From Narcine bancroftii (Eukaryota), in contig NC_091469.1 of the NCBI RefSeq assembly GCF_036971445.1, forward strand, positions 5,456,001 to 5,520,000: a stretch of DNA of 64,000 nucleotides, read 5' to 3'. This document shows positions 48,101 to 62,423 of the stretch, in pieces. A program made the position numbers and the translations under genes. Each line of letters opens with the position of its first letter. Within the stretch, counting starts at the first letter, position 1. The notes beneath the pieces were generated by a model. It was not told the DNA's origin. It searched no databases and saw only the letters and a list, made by a program, of their open reading frames with translations.

Positions 48101-48996
48101 TTGGTGTTTTCAATCCAAACCCTGCTTCATGGCTGGAGAGAGAAGAAGGGTAATATTGGAGTCAATTGGTGATAGGTGGAACAAGGAAGGATGATGAAAA
48201 GTGAGTCCAGTACAGTAAAAATCCTGGTCTCTGGCACTCATGGGGATTGGTAGATGCCAGATAAGTATATTTTCTGGTTGCTTGAGACTTACTCTTAGAA
48301 TGTCTAACTAATACACCTGCATTAAGAATAAACAGTTTAAAGGACAAAAATACAAGACTGAACAAGCTTCATTTGCATGAATATATGAACCTTAAAGCAT
48401 TTTGCTTTATTTTCAGTCACATTCTTTGAAAACATTTAACTGTCGCTGCATTTGCAGGTTCCTCCCCCACTATGGAGGTGCCTGAAAGACATGCAATAAC
48501 ATAACAGATAATTAACCCTCTTCCCTAAATTTACAGATGAAACCTCTGATCAGGGCTACTCTTCTTAGTAAGGGATAAGGAGACATTTAAGAGAGTGGCA
48601 TCATGGAGGGGGCCTCCAGAGAGTGGCAACAGCGAGTGGCATCAACCAGCTCTTCATCCTGGGTGACGCCATTGCTGTTTCACACAACTTTATTCAAACA
48701 GCTGCTATGAGCAAAGCACGACCAAGGCCCTCCACTGGCTGAATATTTGCTCCCATCTTCTCCAAAGGTATGTGTGTTACTTCCAAGAACATTTACTATT
48801 TTAAATTTGCATATTTTCACCTATTATTTTATTCTTGTTTATTTCAATTTTTAAAATTTATTTTCCTTATTAACTTTTTTTGCCAGTTGCTTGAATTCCA
48901 GATTCCAGGGGTTTTACTGTATTTGTATTTTGCTCTGGATTCCAGCAGCTGCCGACCTTTACAGCTCCAGCTCTGTAATAAATGTATCCAACTACT

Positions 48997-49330
48997 GGGC
49001 AGCAGGGTGGCACACCTGATAGTCATGGCCTCAATGCTCTGGTGACCCATATTCAACCCTGACCTCCATGGTGTCCATGTGGAGTTAGGGTGTTCTCACT
49101 GTGACTCTATGGATTACATTTTGGTCTTCTTTTGTTCACCTAGTCCCAAAGACATCTGGATTCATAACTTAATTGGCAGCTATAAATTACCCCTGTGATG
49201 TGTGCAAAAGGTAAAATGAGGAGCAGTAGATAGAATAAAATAGGTTAGGGTAGGATAGATATAAAATAGGTATCTGATATTCAGCAATGTAGTCAGTGGG
49301 CTAAAAAGCCTATTTCTGTGCTCTATCTTT
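48997..49330 (+). mobile_element. Decayed tRNA-derived SINE
   Basis: Starts GGGCAGCAGGGTGGCAC, with a degenerate B box and a central domain like the other SINEs. Confidence 0.55.
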
Positions 49331-50888
49331 AACTCTACTGTTCATATAAGTTTATTACTGTTGCAATCGAATGCGACATTTCCTACATTGTAACAGTGAT
49401 TACCTTTCAAAAATACTAAATGCCTGTGATACATTTTGAAGATTTGCTAAAGATGCTTAGAAGTGTAAATATTAGCTTTTACTTTTACCTGGTTACATGC
49501 AGGGGAATAGAGAGTCTGTTGACTCCTTGGGGTCAGATAATGAATTGGAAGAAGGACCAGAATTATGGCAAACAACATCTTTTTAAACAGGGCACAAGGA
49601 CAAGCAATCTACAGAGTCTATATTGCCGTAGGAGTAAACCAATAAATTACGTCAAACAAAGCTCATGAGAGAAATGAAAGGAATATCTTTCAATAAAGAT
49701 GAGTGCTTTTTTTTCCCTAGCACAATGCTAATATGTTACAAATCTTGTATAAAATCAATCCTTTTCACTTGAAGTCGAGGAGTTTTCAGGCAAGATTGGT
49801 ATATCTTTCTTGTTCTGAAATGCATGAAGACCACTGTGAGTTATTCTACTCCCTTCATTAGAGTATGAATGGAGAGAGTAGGAACAAGTGCGACTGAACA
49901 CTCCATCAGAAAGCTCAGTGAGGAGGGGACATTTAGTTGAGAGACAGGAAAGAATTTAATAGTTTCAGAATGACGAACCCACAAATTGGGTGTGGACAGC
50001 TAACAGAAACTCACAGCTAGAAGGATTTCTGTCAGGGATGGCTTGCAAAAATAAGGTTAAAAATTAAGTGTTTCAAAATTGTAAGAGTGGTTGTTGAATA
50101 TCAATAGCGTATATGAGAAAGAGCCTTTCATTTACAAAGCATCATTCATTACTTCAGGACTTCTGAAAGTATTAATTTTGCACTGTTGGAGTCACAGTTG
50201 GAATATAGGAAAGTTGCATCTGTTCCTCTTCTAGCAGTATCCCTCAGACTAAACAATTTGCTTTACACTTGTAATGATGCTGAGATAGATAACTACACAT
50301 GGCAATTTCTCTTGCTTTCTGTGAAATATACAAGAAATTATTCAACCCTGAGTTTTAACACATTTCTACAAATGTCACACTACATTTCGAACATCAGCTT
50401 AGATTACTGGCTTCTAGAGAAGGATGCATATTTATCCCCATCTAATTTAAAGTGGAGGAATGCTCTGGTTGTACTACTGGTTGTTTGTACAGTATGTGCA
50501 GCAACAAAGGCTTTTTGATAAAGGAAAAAAATAAAGCAGTGATAAGGTGGGTGGTATCAATAACCCTTCATTTATCAACAATGCATAGATCTGAAGGGTA
50601 TGCTCATATTTCCCAGAACAGGGAGACAAAGCCATGATGTAAACACAATATTCATCATCATGAGTCCCTTTATCACACAAATGGTTCAAGGAGATGGCTC
50701 ACCTCCATCAGTGCAGAGGACAATAGTAAAAGAATAGGAGGCTTGAGACAAGGACCGGACATTTCCACCATCACCCACCAACCCCTGTCTTAAAACCTCC
50801 TGTTCCCCCATCTGCCTATCATCCCCTCTCTCACTTGGTTCTACATATCACCTATCAGCCCCTCTTAAATCTCTCTTACCATTTTATA

Positions 50889-53635
50889 ACCATATAACCA
50901 CTTACAGCACAGAACAGACCAGTTCGGCCCTACTAGTCCATGCCGTAGCAAATCCCCACCCTTCTAGTCCCACTGACCAGCACCCGGTCCATACCCCTCT
51001 AGTCCCCTCCTATCCATGTAACCATCCAGTCTTTCCTTACATGTAACCAATGATCCCGCCCTGACCACGTCTGCCGAAAGCTCATTTCACATCCCCACCA
51101 CCCTCTGCGTAAAGAAATTTCCCCTCATGTTCCCCTTATAATTTTCCCCCTTCAATCTTAAACCATGTCCTCTAGTTTGAATCTCCCCCTTTCTTAATTG
51201 AAAAAGCCTATCCACATTTACTCTGTCTGTCCCTTTTAAAATCTTAAACTCCTCTATCAAGTCCCCTCTCAATCTTCTACGCTCCAGAGAAAAAAGCCCC
51301 AGTCTGCACAACCTTTCCCTGTAACTCAGACCCTGAAATCCTGTCAACATTCTCGTGAACCTTCTCTGCACTCTCTCTATTTTGTTTATATCTTTCCTAT
51401 AATTTGGTGACCAAAACTGTACACAGTACTCCAAATTTGGCCTCACCAATGCCTTGTACAATTTCATCATAACCTCCCTACTCTTGAATTCAATACTCCG
51501 ATTTATGAAGGCCAACATTCCAAATGCCTTCTTCACCACACCATCTACCTGAGTATCAGCCTTGAGGGTACTATTTACCATAACTCCTAAATCCCTTTGT
51601 TGCTCTGCACTCCTCAATTGTCTACCATTCAATGTATATGACCTATTTAAATTTGCCTTTCCAAAATGTAGCACCTCACATTTATCTGTATTAAATTCCA
51701 TCAGCCATTTCTCAGCCCACACCTCCAGCCTTCCTAAATCACCTTTTAATCTACGGTAATCTACCTCGCTGTCCACAACACCACCAATCTTTGTGTCATC
51801 CGCAAACTTGCTTATCCAATTCTCCACCCCTACATCCAGATCTTTAATATATATAACAAATAATAGTGGACCCAGGACCGAACCCTGAGGAACTCCACTA
51901 GTCACCGGCCTCCAATTGGACAAACAATTTTCTACCACTACTCTCTGACACCTCCCATCCAACCACTGCTGAATCCATTTCACTACCTCCTTATTTATAC
52001 CTAATGCCTCCACCATTTTTCCTAACCTCCTGTGGGGAACTTTGTCAAAAGCTTTACTAAAGTCCAAATAGACAACATCCACAGCTTTCCCTTCATCAAC
52101 CTTTTTTGTAACCCCCTTGAAGAACTCAATCAGGTTTGTCAAGCATGATCTACCCCTGTCAAAACCATGCTGATTACTCCCTATCAATCCCTGTACCTCC
52201 AAAAATTTGTAAATAGCATCCCTCAGAACACTTTCCATCAACTTGCCCACCACAGATGTCAGACTTACAGGCCTATAATTCCCAGGTTTGCATTTGGACC
52301 CTTTCTTAAACAGAGGAACCACATGCGCCACCCTCCAATCCTTTGGTACCACCCCCGTGGCCAGTAACATCCTAAATATCTCTGTTAATGGCCCCACTAA
52401 CTGTCCACTAGCCTCCCTGAATGTCCTAGGGAATATTTTGTCCGGTCTGGGAGATTTATCCACCTTTATCTTTTTTAACACAGCCATCACTACCTCCTCG
52501 GTTATCCTTATATGCTTCATGACCTCTCCACTATTTTTCTTTACTTCAAGTGGTTCAACATTTTTTTTCCCTAGTGAATACCGAGGCAAAGAAATCATTC
52601 AAAATTTCCCCCATTTCCTCAGACTTCTCACTCAGCCTACCCTCGCTATCTACAAGGGGTCCAATTTTATCTCTCACTAATCTTTTACTTTTAATGTACT
52701 TATAGAAACCCTTTGGATTTATTTCTACTCTGTCAGCCAAAGCCTCTTCATGCCTTTTTTTGGCCTTTCTAATTTCTTTCTTAAGATTCCTTCTACACTC
52801 CTTGTAGTCCTCCTTCAACTTCTCAGCTCCCTGCTCTTTATACCTCTTGTACACCTCCTTTTTTCTCCTAACCAAATTTCCAATATTCCTCGAAAACTAA
52901 GCCTCCCTATGACTTCCAGCCTTTCCTTTGATCCACACTGGGACATAACTATTCTGTACCCTCAAAATTTCTTTTTTGAATATCCTCCATTTTTCATTAA
53001 CATCCAACCTGAAAATATCCTGTCCCACTCAATACTCCCAAAATCCCTTCTTATTCCTTCGAAATTTGCTCTTTTCCAATCCAGAACCTCAACTTTAGGC
53101 CTCTCCTTGCTCTTCCCTAAAACTACCCTAAAACTAACAGAATTATGATCACTAGACCCAATTGGTTCTCCAACATTAATGTCCGCTACCTGACCTAGCT
53201 CGTTCCCTAACAGGAGATCCAGTATTACACCATCCCGAGTCGGTTCTTCTACTAACTGATTTAGAAAACTATCCTGAACACATTTAACAAACTCCAGCCC
53301 ATCCAGCCCTCTAACCGTATGGGTATCCCAATCAATGTGTGGGAAGTTAAAATCTCCCATGATCACTACCTTATGTTTTTCACACATATACGTTATCACC
53401 CTACAAATTTGTTCCTCCAATTTTCTTGGCCCATTTGGTGGTCTGTAATACACCCCTATTAGCACCCTCTTGCCTCCTCCACCCCTCAATTCCACCCAAG
53501 CAGCCTCACTGGTCGATCCCTCCATACCATCCTGCCACCTCACGGCAGTAATGTCCTCCTTAACAAGCAGAGCAACTCCTCCTCCTTTTTTACCCCCTGA
53601 TCTATCACATCTAAAACAAATGTATCCTGGAATAT
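50889..53635 (-). mobile_element. Young 5'-truncated CR1 LINE (endonuclease part and complete RT domain), 2 frameshifts
   Basis: 8-bp TSD ATTTTATA at 50881-50888 and 53636-53643; GTTATATG tail repeats; EN motifs YYRPP, GDFN, SDHN (52962..53543); RT motifs YRPVSLTS, DFSKAFD, PQGSVLGP, FADD (51087..52598). Confidence 0.95.
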
Positions 53636-53999
53636 ATTTTATACTGGCTATCTTCCCTCTACACTCTTAATCCTGAATCTGGGTCTTCATCCAAGATATC
53701 ACCAACTCCTCAGATGATGACTGACCCTTTAATTCCTCATGCAGTTTCTATCCTTTTCCCCCCCCCCCCAAAAAAAAATTATATTGACAACAGAGGATCT
53801 TCATTGGCACCTCTTTGTCACTGCATTTTGTTGAGAGCAGAGTGGCAGGAGAGAGGGAAGAAGGAAATGGACTATATTAAATCTGTGACATTCTAATTGG
53901 TGAAATTTGGATCTGCATGAGGATTTGGATCCTATCAGGTCAGAAGGAGTATAGACCTTTCCTTGACTTCTATTTAGTCCCCTGCTCTAATCACTCTAC

Positions 54000-54198
54000 T
54001 TTTAATTTAGACATACAGCATGGTAACAGACCCTTTCAGCCCAATTACACCTAATTAACCTACAACCCCTCGTACGATTTTGAAGGGTGGGAGGAAACTG
54101 GAGCCCCCAGGGAAAACCTACGCAGACTCCTTACAGCATGGGATTCGAAGCCCGGTCCTGTTTACTGGTGCTGTAACAGCATTGCACTAACTGCTGTG
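54000..54198 (-). mobile_element. tRNA-derived SINE (V-SINE-like)
   Basis: B-box-like GGCTTCGAATCC on the minus strand; homologous to the 4.5-kb and 58.2-kb copies. Confidence 0.75.
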
Positions 54199-54204
54199 TT
54201 AACC

Positions 54205-55135
54205 CTGCAGCCCATTGATTGCGTAGCCAAATTCACTTCTAATGTGGTTTATACATGCAGTGACAACACCACCATCGCTGGCCAAATAACAGAAACTGAT
54301 GAATCAGAATATCAGTTGGAGATGCGTGGTGCCAGAGCAGCAATCTTGTTCTCAACATTAACAAAACCAAGGAGATTATTGTGGACTTCAGGAAGGGGAT
54401 GCTGAGGAACCACATAACTGTTTTCATTGCTAGGACTGGGATGGAGAGGATAAATGCCTTCCAGTGAGTTCATATGTGAGAGGACCTCTCCTGGAGACAA
54501 CCTATCAAGGCAAACATGAAGAAGGCACACCAATGGCTCTGCTGTCAAAGAAGTTTGAGGATATTTGGCATGTTGTCAAATATGCTATCAAAGTTCTTCA
54601 AGTGTACTATGGAAAGTATACTGACTGGTTGCATCAAGCCTGGTTTGGAATCTCAAGAGCCCAGAAACATAGAAGGCTACCAAAAGGATCAACCAAGGAT
54701 CTATCAGGGGAATTGACCTCCCATCCATTGAAACATCTCTATGTGATGCTGCCTCAAGGGGGCAGCCAACATCATAAAAGATCCCATCACCAGCAATCTC
54801 GCTGCTCCCTTCAGGCAGAGGGTACAGAGCTTGAAGCCCACACCTCCAGATTCAAGAACAGTTTTTATCCAACAATTATGAGGTTCATGAACTTCTTTAT
54901 ATTACCCTGACCATAACCATAAACTACTCTGGGATCACCAAGAGAACTTTGCACTGCAGAAATGTCACTTTTTTTTGGTCTTGCATTCATTGCCACTGTG
55001 AATATTTATTATCTAATTTCTCTGTCTTGGCACATTGTAGTAATTTAATTTATGCTATTGTGGTTGGTGTATCTTTTGTGCCTATTTGGTTGCAGCTAGT
55101 ATGAATTTTAGTGCATCAATTTATGCGATAATACT
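54205..55135 (+). mobile_element. Decayed Rex1/Babar-like LINE (RT C-terminal half and 3' UTR)
   Basis: Broken peptides DNTTIAGQI, TDESEY, TMESILTGCI and TSRFKNSFYP. Confidence 0.7.
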
Positions 55136-55269
55136 CACATTAACATTTCTCCCATCCCTGAGAGTAAATTGTGGAAAGATTAGGGGAAGGTAGAGTCTGT
55201 CTGTCGCTAAATCCCTGGGTCTCCTCTCAACAAGCAATGATTTGGGGATTTAGTTGGGTTTAATAGCTG

Positions 55270-56390
55270 CCTCAGTTAATCCATTTCTCTCAAGGCTGGA
55301 GGTCTTTCATGTGGCAGGACCTGGTGACTGCATCAGACTATCAATATCCGCACCTCAGGGCATTTGGACTGTTTCCTAGACTCTGTGCTCGAGGTCTTAA
55401 TGTTTTGCAGGTACTAGATATGGTTTGACTGTCGGTACTAATAAAACTTGATGGGAAGGGCTTGGGGGATGGGGTGAAGGCATCTGGGCTTTTTGTACTT
55501 AACCCCTTCATAGCCACAATGTAAACCAACACTTTATTCATTTTCCCCATTCCTGGGAGCAATCTGAGAGTATCTTCATTGACATTGATCAAGGAGTACA
55601 TGGTGGACTGAATAAAAAGTTTTACAACTGAGTTACAGTTCTGTGCATTTAAAGTCTCAAAGCTTGGATTGAGGCTCTGGGTGAAGAGCTTGGCTCAAAG
55701 GTGCAGCAGGGGAAGAGCTAAGATCTCTCTCAATCATTGACTTTAGTTCTGGTTAATGTGTTTCAGGATATGATGAATGTGATGGAGAAGAGACAGGTGC
55801 CCACCTCTTTGCAGACTGTGGATTTGATAAGAGGGTGTGGGGAAGGACACGAGTCCCTTTCATGGTTCAGCCCCAGCGGTAATGTAACAGAGAACTCGTT
55901 GATTTATAGGATGTTCCCAGGGATGCATGCAGAGATGGACATTCAATGAATATCATCAACTTAGTGAAAGACTCTCTTTGGTCTGCCTGAAATTGTTACT
56001 CTTCAAGTGTAGGGAGGTGTCAGGGAGGGAATGCTACTAACTTGCACATTCCAGGCTGCAGGAATACATGCTGAGGGACTCAAACATGGGCAGCCAACAC
56101 AAAGGCTTTGTGGAAAGGGACCACAGTCTCGAGTATTTCCGTTAACCGTCATTGAGGGGCTGAGACCGAGGAGGAAGCCTCTCAAAACAACTGAAGGGGG
56201 AATAACCCCAGAGGGCCAGATTAGTGGCAATGCTGCTATGTAGTAAAATTAATGGTTAACACTACAGTGTACAGTAATGAAATGTATATAGGAATATAAC
56301 ACCAGGAACGTGAAAAGTCTATACACTCTTTTCCTTTGTGTATATTTTTTTATTCTGAATAACGTTTATATTTGGGGAAAAAAATAAGGA
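55270..56390 (+). mobile_element. Decayed Tx1-like (L1-group) LINE 3' fragment
   Basis: Remnant peptides NVTENSLIYRMFPGMH and the following VKDSL; A-rich 3' end at about 56378-56390. Confidence 0.5.
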
Positions 56391-57849
56391 AATGACCAGA
56401 CCTGAGCCATTTTTCTGCACTTTTCATGGGTCCATTGAAGTGGTATTTAATAATCCTACTTCCATGCTCTTCCCCCAGAGTGCACCTTTCCCCCTTCAAG
56501 TGCATATCCTTTGAAAATTGTTATTGCATTTGCTTATACTGCTCTTTCACACAGTGTGCTTCACACATCTGTATGAATTAAGTGTACTTTTCCAGTTCCT
56601 GCACCAATCTCCCTGCACGCTTAGTAAATCAAATTTCCTCTGGGGTCCTCAATCCTGCATAAATTCAGCCACCAAAGGGTTCCCTTGGGATTTTCCCGCT
56701 GATTGTTGATTTTATTCTTGCACTGATTGCCTCTCTGACCCAGAGCTCTGCCTGAAACATGAGAGAATCAAAGGATGCCAGACAACCCTCTGCTACCCTT
56801 CCAGATGGACAAACCAAAGCAGTGTCAGCAGACCCCTTGTAAGGGATCATGTTCCAGCCTGATTATCAGAGGGAAAGCACATAGAGACAGACAATTCTGC
56901 CCAACTGATCCACACAGTTTAATGTTAAATGCAAGCCTACCCCTCCCTCTCATCCTTTCTAGTTTGACCTGAGATACATCTGCTATTCTCTTCAATCATG
57001 CCATGTAATAGCAAGAGCCACATTCTCACTATACTCAGCATAAAGATATTCCTTTGCATAGCTTTTTAGATCTACTTATTTAAGGACTAGAGTGCTTACC
57101 TCCAAACACTACAGCATTCCCATGATACAGCATGGGAAAAGTCACATAGGTTAAGGAGTTGATCTTAAATCCTAACTTTTGATGTCAGTAAGCTGTAGCT
57201 GGCTTTATAGTGGTTCCTATACCAGTGTTTTTCTACTTTTTACTATTAAGAAGTCTGCCTATAATTACTGATGTATTCCAGGGGATCCTTTATAAGTACA
57301 GCAAATTATCATTTTACTTATCAGAGTATAGTCCCACAGCACAGAGTGTGACAGGTGGATCTAAGGCTACAACCCTCAATCTCTGCTGAGTTCATTGATC
57401 CCAGCAGAGGGAATGTGGGTTGGTGTAATCTGCCTTGGAGCTTATGAGTTGTGAATATGTTAGTGGTGAGAATTAAATAAAGATTCTCAAATGCCAACTA
57501 CAAAAGGGAATGTATTAATATGAACTGATTCTTGCATAGTTTGTTAACGTGGTTAAAAGGTGCAAATGTGAACACTAATCCAATTCCTATTCAATGGGAC
57601 CAATTGCCAGTTAAAGCCAAGAACTATAAAGGACAAAGCTGTTAAGATTTTCATAATTGTTCTGAATTAATTTTAGTCAAATGAGTTTTGAATGTTTTAA
57701 ATCAAAATTAAGGGATAGAAAAGAAAGGTTCCTTTAGGAGCTCATTCAGTTTTACTACACAGAAGAATCAGTTAGGAGAACAAAGCTATATTTTGTGTGG
57801 AATTATAAAATGTTTACAATAACAAGAGACCACGCACCTGTGTCTTCAT

Positions 57850-58710
57850 TGGTGGGGTGGTGGTAGATCCTTCAAGTTTCTTGCAGTCTACAGACCATTG
57901 TGAACAAGGCATAAACATCTCTTCTTTCGAAGCAATCTGATGAGATTTGTCATGTTCTACAATATCCCATTCAAATTCTCCATGTGATCTGTGGAAAGTA
58001 TACTGCCTGGTTGCATCACAGCCTGGTTTGGAATCTCGAGTGCCCAGGATGTGGAAGGTCACAGAAAGTGGCCAACCTAGCCAAGTCCATCAAGGGCACT
58101 GACCTCCTGAAGAAAACAGCCAACATCATAAAGGATCTCCACCACCGTATTCACAATCTCAACTTTCCGTTACCTTCAAGCAGAAGGTACAGAAGCCTGA
58201 AATGCAGCACCTTGATTTAAATGTTTACATTTAAATTAGACATACAGCACTGTAACCAGCCAATTTGGCCCTATGAGTCCTTTCCGCCCATTTTACACTC
58301 AATTAACCTACACCCCTGTACGTTTTTGAAGGGTGGGAGGAAACTGGAGCCCCATGCAGACACAGGGAGAACATACAAACTCCTTACAATCAGCGCGGGA
58401 TTCAAACCCCAGTCCAGTCCCGATCGCTGACGCTGTAAAGGCGTTGCACCAACCGCTACACCAATTGTGAATTTCAAAAGCAATTTTTTTTTTAACAACC
58501 TCCTCAAACTACTCTAAACAAAAACTAATCTGGGACCAAAGTCTGTCTGTGCTGTTGAAACATCACATATTTTTCCACCTGTTATATTATTATCTGGTGA
58601 TTTGTGGTCATTTATACTATTGTAATGTATCTCACAAACCTGTGTGGTGGCAGCAAGTAAGAATTTCAGTGCATCTGTCATAGTACTTATGAACATAATA
58701 ATAAACTTTC
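57850..58710 (+). mobile_element. Decayed Rex1/Babar-like fragment interrupted by a SINE
   Basis: KKTANIIKDLHH...LPSSRRYRSL peptide; 3' UTR resumes after 58470. Confidence 0.6.
58222..58468 (-). mobile_element. tRNA-derived SINE (V-SINE-like)
   Basis: Minus strand has an A-box-like TGGTGTAGCGG and a B-box-like GGTTTGAATCC; homologous to the 54.0-kb copy. Confidence 0.8.
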
Positions 58711-59774
58711 ATACTCAGTACAACTGGACTTTTGGTCCCTATACCTCTCCTCCCATCCCCTTTCACCTGGGTATCCTTTCATTCTTTTCTCTCAGACCCA
58801 TCCACACCATTTGCCTCAACCATCTATGAGGTAGCAGGTTGCACATTCTTGCCACGCCTTATATTAAGGAAGTGTCTCGTGATTGGCTGCAGGATTTATT
58901 ATTGATATTGTTCAAGGAAGCTATTTAGTCCATTGAGTCGATGTCAAGTCTCAAAGCAATCCCATTCTCCCACTAATTTTCCAGTGACCTCTCACACTCC
59001 CACCTCACCCCCCACCCCAAGTCTGCCATGAGATTATTTGTAGTTTTTTTTTAAATTAACCTAGTGTTTCTTTGGTTTGTGGGAGGAAGCCACAGCACCC
59101 AGAGTCACAGGGAGAACATGCAAACTCTGCAGACATCATTGGAACTCACTGGAGTTGTGAGACAGCAGCGCGACCTGCAGCATAATTGTGCTTCTGCTGT
59201 ATGGTTCTAGAACCCTCCAAAATGGAAACCACTCCTAGTTGTTATTAAGTGCTTTTTTTAAATTTTTTTTGGATCACCATTCAAGGATTTTTTTTTTAAC
59301 AGAATGGAGCCTCGGACTTTTTAATCTGTTCTGAGAGTTCTGGTTTCCTTGTGAACCCTTTTGATGCCTTCATTATTGCCTCTATAGATTTTTTTTTGTG
59401 TTAAGAACAGTACTGGGCACTTCTTTGAAGGTTTCTTTTAAATTCTGAGCAGAGCAACAGTTGGAGGGATGTCAGCGAATATATAACAGAAACAACAGCA
59501 GGAATAGAGTGTGAGCCAGTGAAATGTGATCATTATATTTCAAGAAAGTTCCTGGCTGTCTGGGAGATTTAATTAAATTTGTGCAGAACTGGTGGAGCTT
59601 ACACACATGGCTTCAATATGTGTGACTTTGATGCCTTTCCACTTAACTATCTCATAGCATTTTGGGAGTTGAGGACCTTCATTCAATATATTTAGTTCAT
59701 TTAGGTCCCTGAATTTCTTCCTCATTTAACCAGCTGTTAGCTGGAATCCAGCTCCCTTGTTTCCCTTGGCCGCC

Positions 59775-59869
59775 CTCAGACTCAAGAGGCACAAACAGCT
59801 CCAGCAGTGGGTCGAGCAGTGGCTGCACTCAGACTCACAGACACACACTGCTCCAGCAGTGGGTCGAGC
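59775..59869. repeat. Two-copy imperfect tandem repeat (period about 52 bp)
   Basis: GCTCCAGCAGTGGGTCGAGC is exact at 59798-59817 and 59850-59869, each preceded by CTCAGACTCA. Confidence 0.8.
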
Positions 59870-61235
59870 CTATCACAATTTGCTTTGAACTGTCACAAAC
59901 TATTCAAGGAACAGTCTAACAGAAAAGCAGTAAGTGATGGGTTGTGACTTAATGTATTGCAAGATCAGCTTGTTAAAGTGATAAATAACTACTTATTACA
60001 TGCTTGTGGGAATGTATGGATGAACTCGTTCATAAGTCAGCATGCAAATAAATATGCACATTTGTTTGTGTATGTGCATCTCAGTATCATTATCCATGTA
60101 TCTCTCTCGTATATCAGGGAAGGAGGGGTTGGCAGATAGGATTGTGTAGAAAGGTGAATATTTTTCATCCACAAGATGATTATTCATTCTTAATTGTTCC
60201 TGAACTGAGGGGTCTGAGAGTCAAACACACTGGTAGGTTTCAGTAAGAAAGATGGATTTCCATTCCCTAATGGACATCTGTGAACCAGAGGGTATTATAC
60301 CACAATCCAGCATTTTCATGGCCAACATTACTGATACATTTTGGTTCCAGATGTATGTGATTGAATTTAGGGTCTGTCACTGTGATGGTAAGATTCAAAC
60401 TCTCATCATTGGTTCAATACATGGAGTTTTTGCAATATTCTGAGAAGTTCTCTAGACTGCCCTGGCCTTCATGTTGTTCAAAGATAAACTGTAGCACTGC
60501 AGATATGCTGTGGTTTATATTTACAACTTATTGATCAGAGCTTGATCAGAGTTTGCTGATTAAGTAACCAAGATGTTTGTCAATTGTGAAATGATGATTA
60601 AGCAAAGGGACCAGGTCTCCGTTCTGTCTTGAGGTGAGCTCTAGTTTAGAAAATGCATTTCTATGGCAAATTGTGTATTTTCTTTCCATCTCCAATATTA
60701 GGGAGTGCTTTGATCATCCGGGAGGTCCTATTTCACCAGAATGTCTATATACAAGGCATAAAGATATGTGATAAAGGAGAGGGGGCAGGGCATTGGATTC
60801 CTGTGAATAAATTTCTCAAATTACAACATTGTCCCTGATTAATTTTCATTCAGATCTCTGTGCTCCAGAAATGGGAGAAAATCCAAAATATTTCTTTAAT
60901 TCAAATTACTCTGCAAATAAATTAATTTTAAATCTAATCCACATTTTCAAAATTTGGGTCAATTTTCAATGAGCAAGTTGTCAACTACAAATGATATGTA
61001 GAATTTAAAATAATACCTCCAATTCCAGAAGATTTGGCTTTGTAATTTCCCACAGATTTTTCTAGAATAGGAGCCAAAGCATACTCTAGACCCTGGTAAG
61101 TAATTTTGTATCTATGGGACCATGCATAGTTCAACATGTTCACTACAGGATATCTGTTCATCTCTATATTGCTCCCTGAGTCAAACTCTTAATTAGTTGT
61201 CAGGCTAAAACATCCTAGAATCTCTCACTCTATAT

Positions 61236-62423
61236 CAGGGGTCTCAAGCTTGTGGCCCACGGGCCAACTGCGGCCCTCGGGACGATAGTTTGTGGCCCTG
61301 CCTTAATATGAAAGTTTAATGTTAGTGCGGCCCACGAGTTTGATATGATTGGCACTTTTCAGTGTTGTGTGCAGAGCTGAACGAACCTACCAATCATGGG
61401 GGTGGGACATCGGCTGGGCTTATTGCGAATATAAGCATATTTGTGTGCATTTCTATTTGTCATTATATGCACGCGGCACATGCGCAATTTCCGCGGCCGC
61501 TCCCGCTTCACGCGCTTCGGCGGCCAGTCTGAACCCAGAAGTTGTTGTTCAGCGGGACAGAAAAAGAAGCGGAAAAGTCGCATCAGCTAAACACTGAAAC
61601 AGAGCCACATTTCAAATTTTTGCAGACCCCTTCTCTTTTGATGTCGAAGATGCCCCTCCTGTGCTTCAAATGGAGTTCATTGACCTGCAGTGCAACTCTG
61701 AACTCAAAACCAAGTTCAGGGAGGTGAGTGGAAAAGCTGACAAGCTTGGGCAATTTTTGAGAGAATTGCCCCCCAGCTTCCCTGAGCTTTCCCGAATGTT
61801 CAAGCGGACCATGTGTCTTTTTGGGAGCACATACTTGTGCGAAAAGCTCTTCTCTACCTTGAACTTCAATAAGTCCAAGTACAGGTCCAGACTTACTGAT
61901 GAGCATCTTCAAGCCCTACTGAGAGTCTCAACTGCCTCCTCCCTTAAGCCAAATGTGGCTCGGCTATGAGAGAGGAAGCGCTGCCAGATCTCTAGCAGTA
62001 AGAAGTAGGCAGAAGAAGACATGTTCATAACAGTTTATGTTCAATGTTCCATTCATGTTCAGAAAGTTAAAGGTTAAAGAACTGTTAATACAGACATTTG
62101 AATCTGAATAATAATAATTACATTTCTCCAGTCAGCAACTATATGTGGTTTCTTCAGTCTTCTATATCTGCTGTATTATTATTATTTTCATTATTATTAT
62201 TTTCATTTTATTTATTTATTACTGATTGATTTTATTTTTTTTCTTATGAATTGTTAATTTATTTATTTTTTCATCTTATTTTGTGTTTAAAAAATAAAAA
62301 TAAAGACATTTGATAACATTGGAATGTTTTTGTAAGAGCTTTTCTTGTGGAAAACCTGATGCGGCCCAGCCTCACCCGGACTACCTCCAGCGGCCCCCGA
62401 ATAAATTGAGTTTGAGACCCCTG
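61236..62423 (+). mobile_element. Non-autonomous hAT (Charlie/Buster-type) internal deletion derivative, 1188 bp
   Basis: TIRs CAGGGGTCTCAA...TTGAGACCCCTG; perfect 8-bp TSD CTCTATAT (61228-61235, 62424-62431) with central TA; retains the hAT dimerization domain FGSTYLCEKLFS...RSRLTDEHL (61661..61969). Confidence 0.93.

Noticed and set aside
59775-59869. CRISPR-like repeat-spacer pattern
   Set aside because: Only two copies, similar intervening sequence, vertebrate context and no cas genes.
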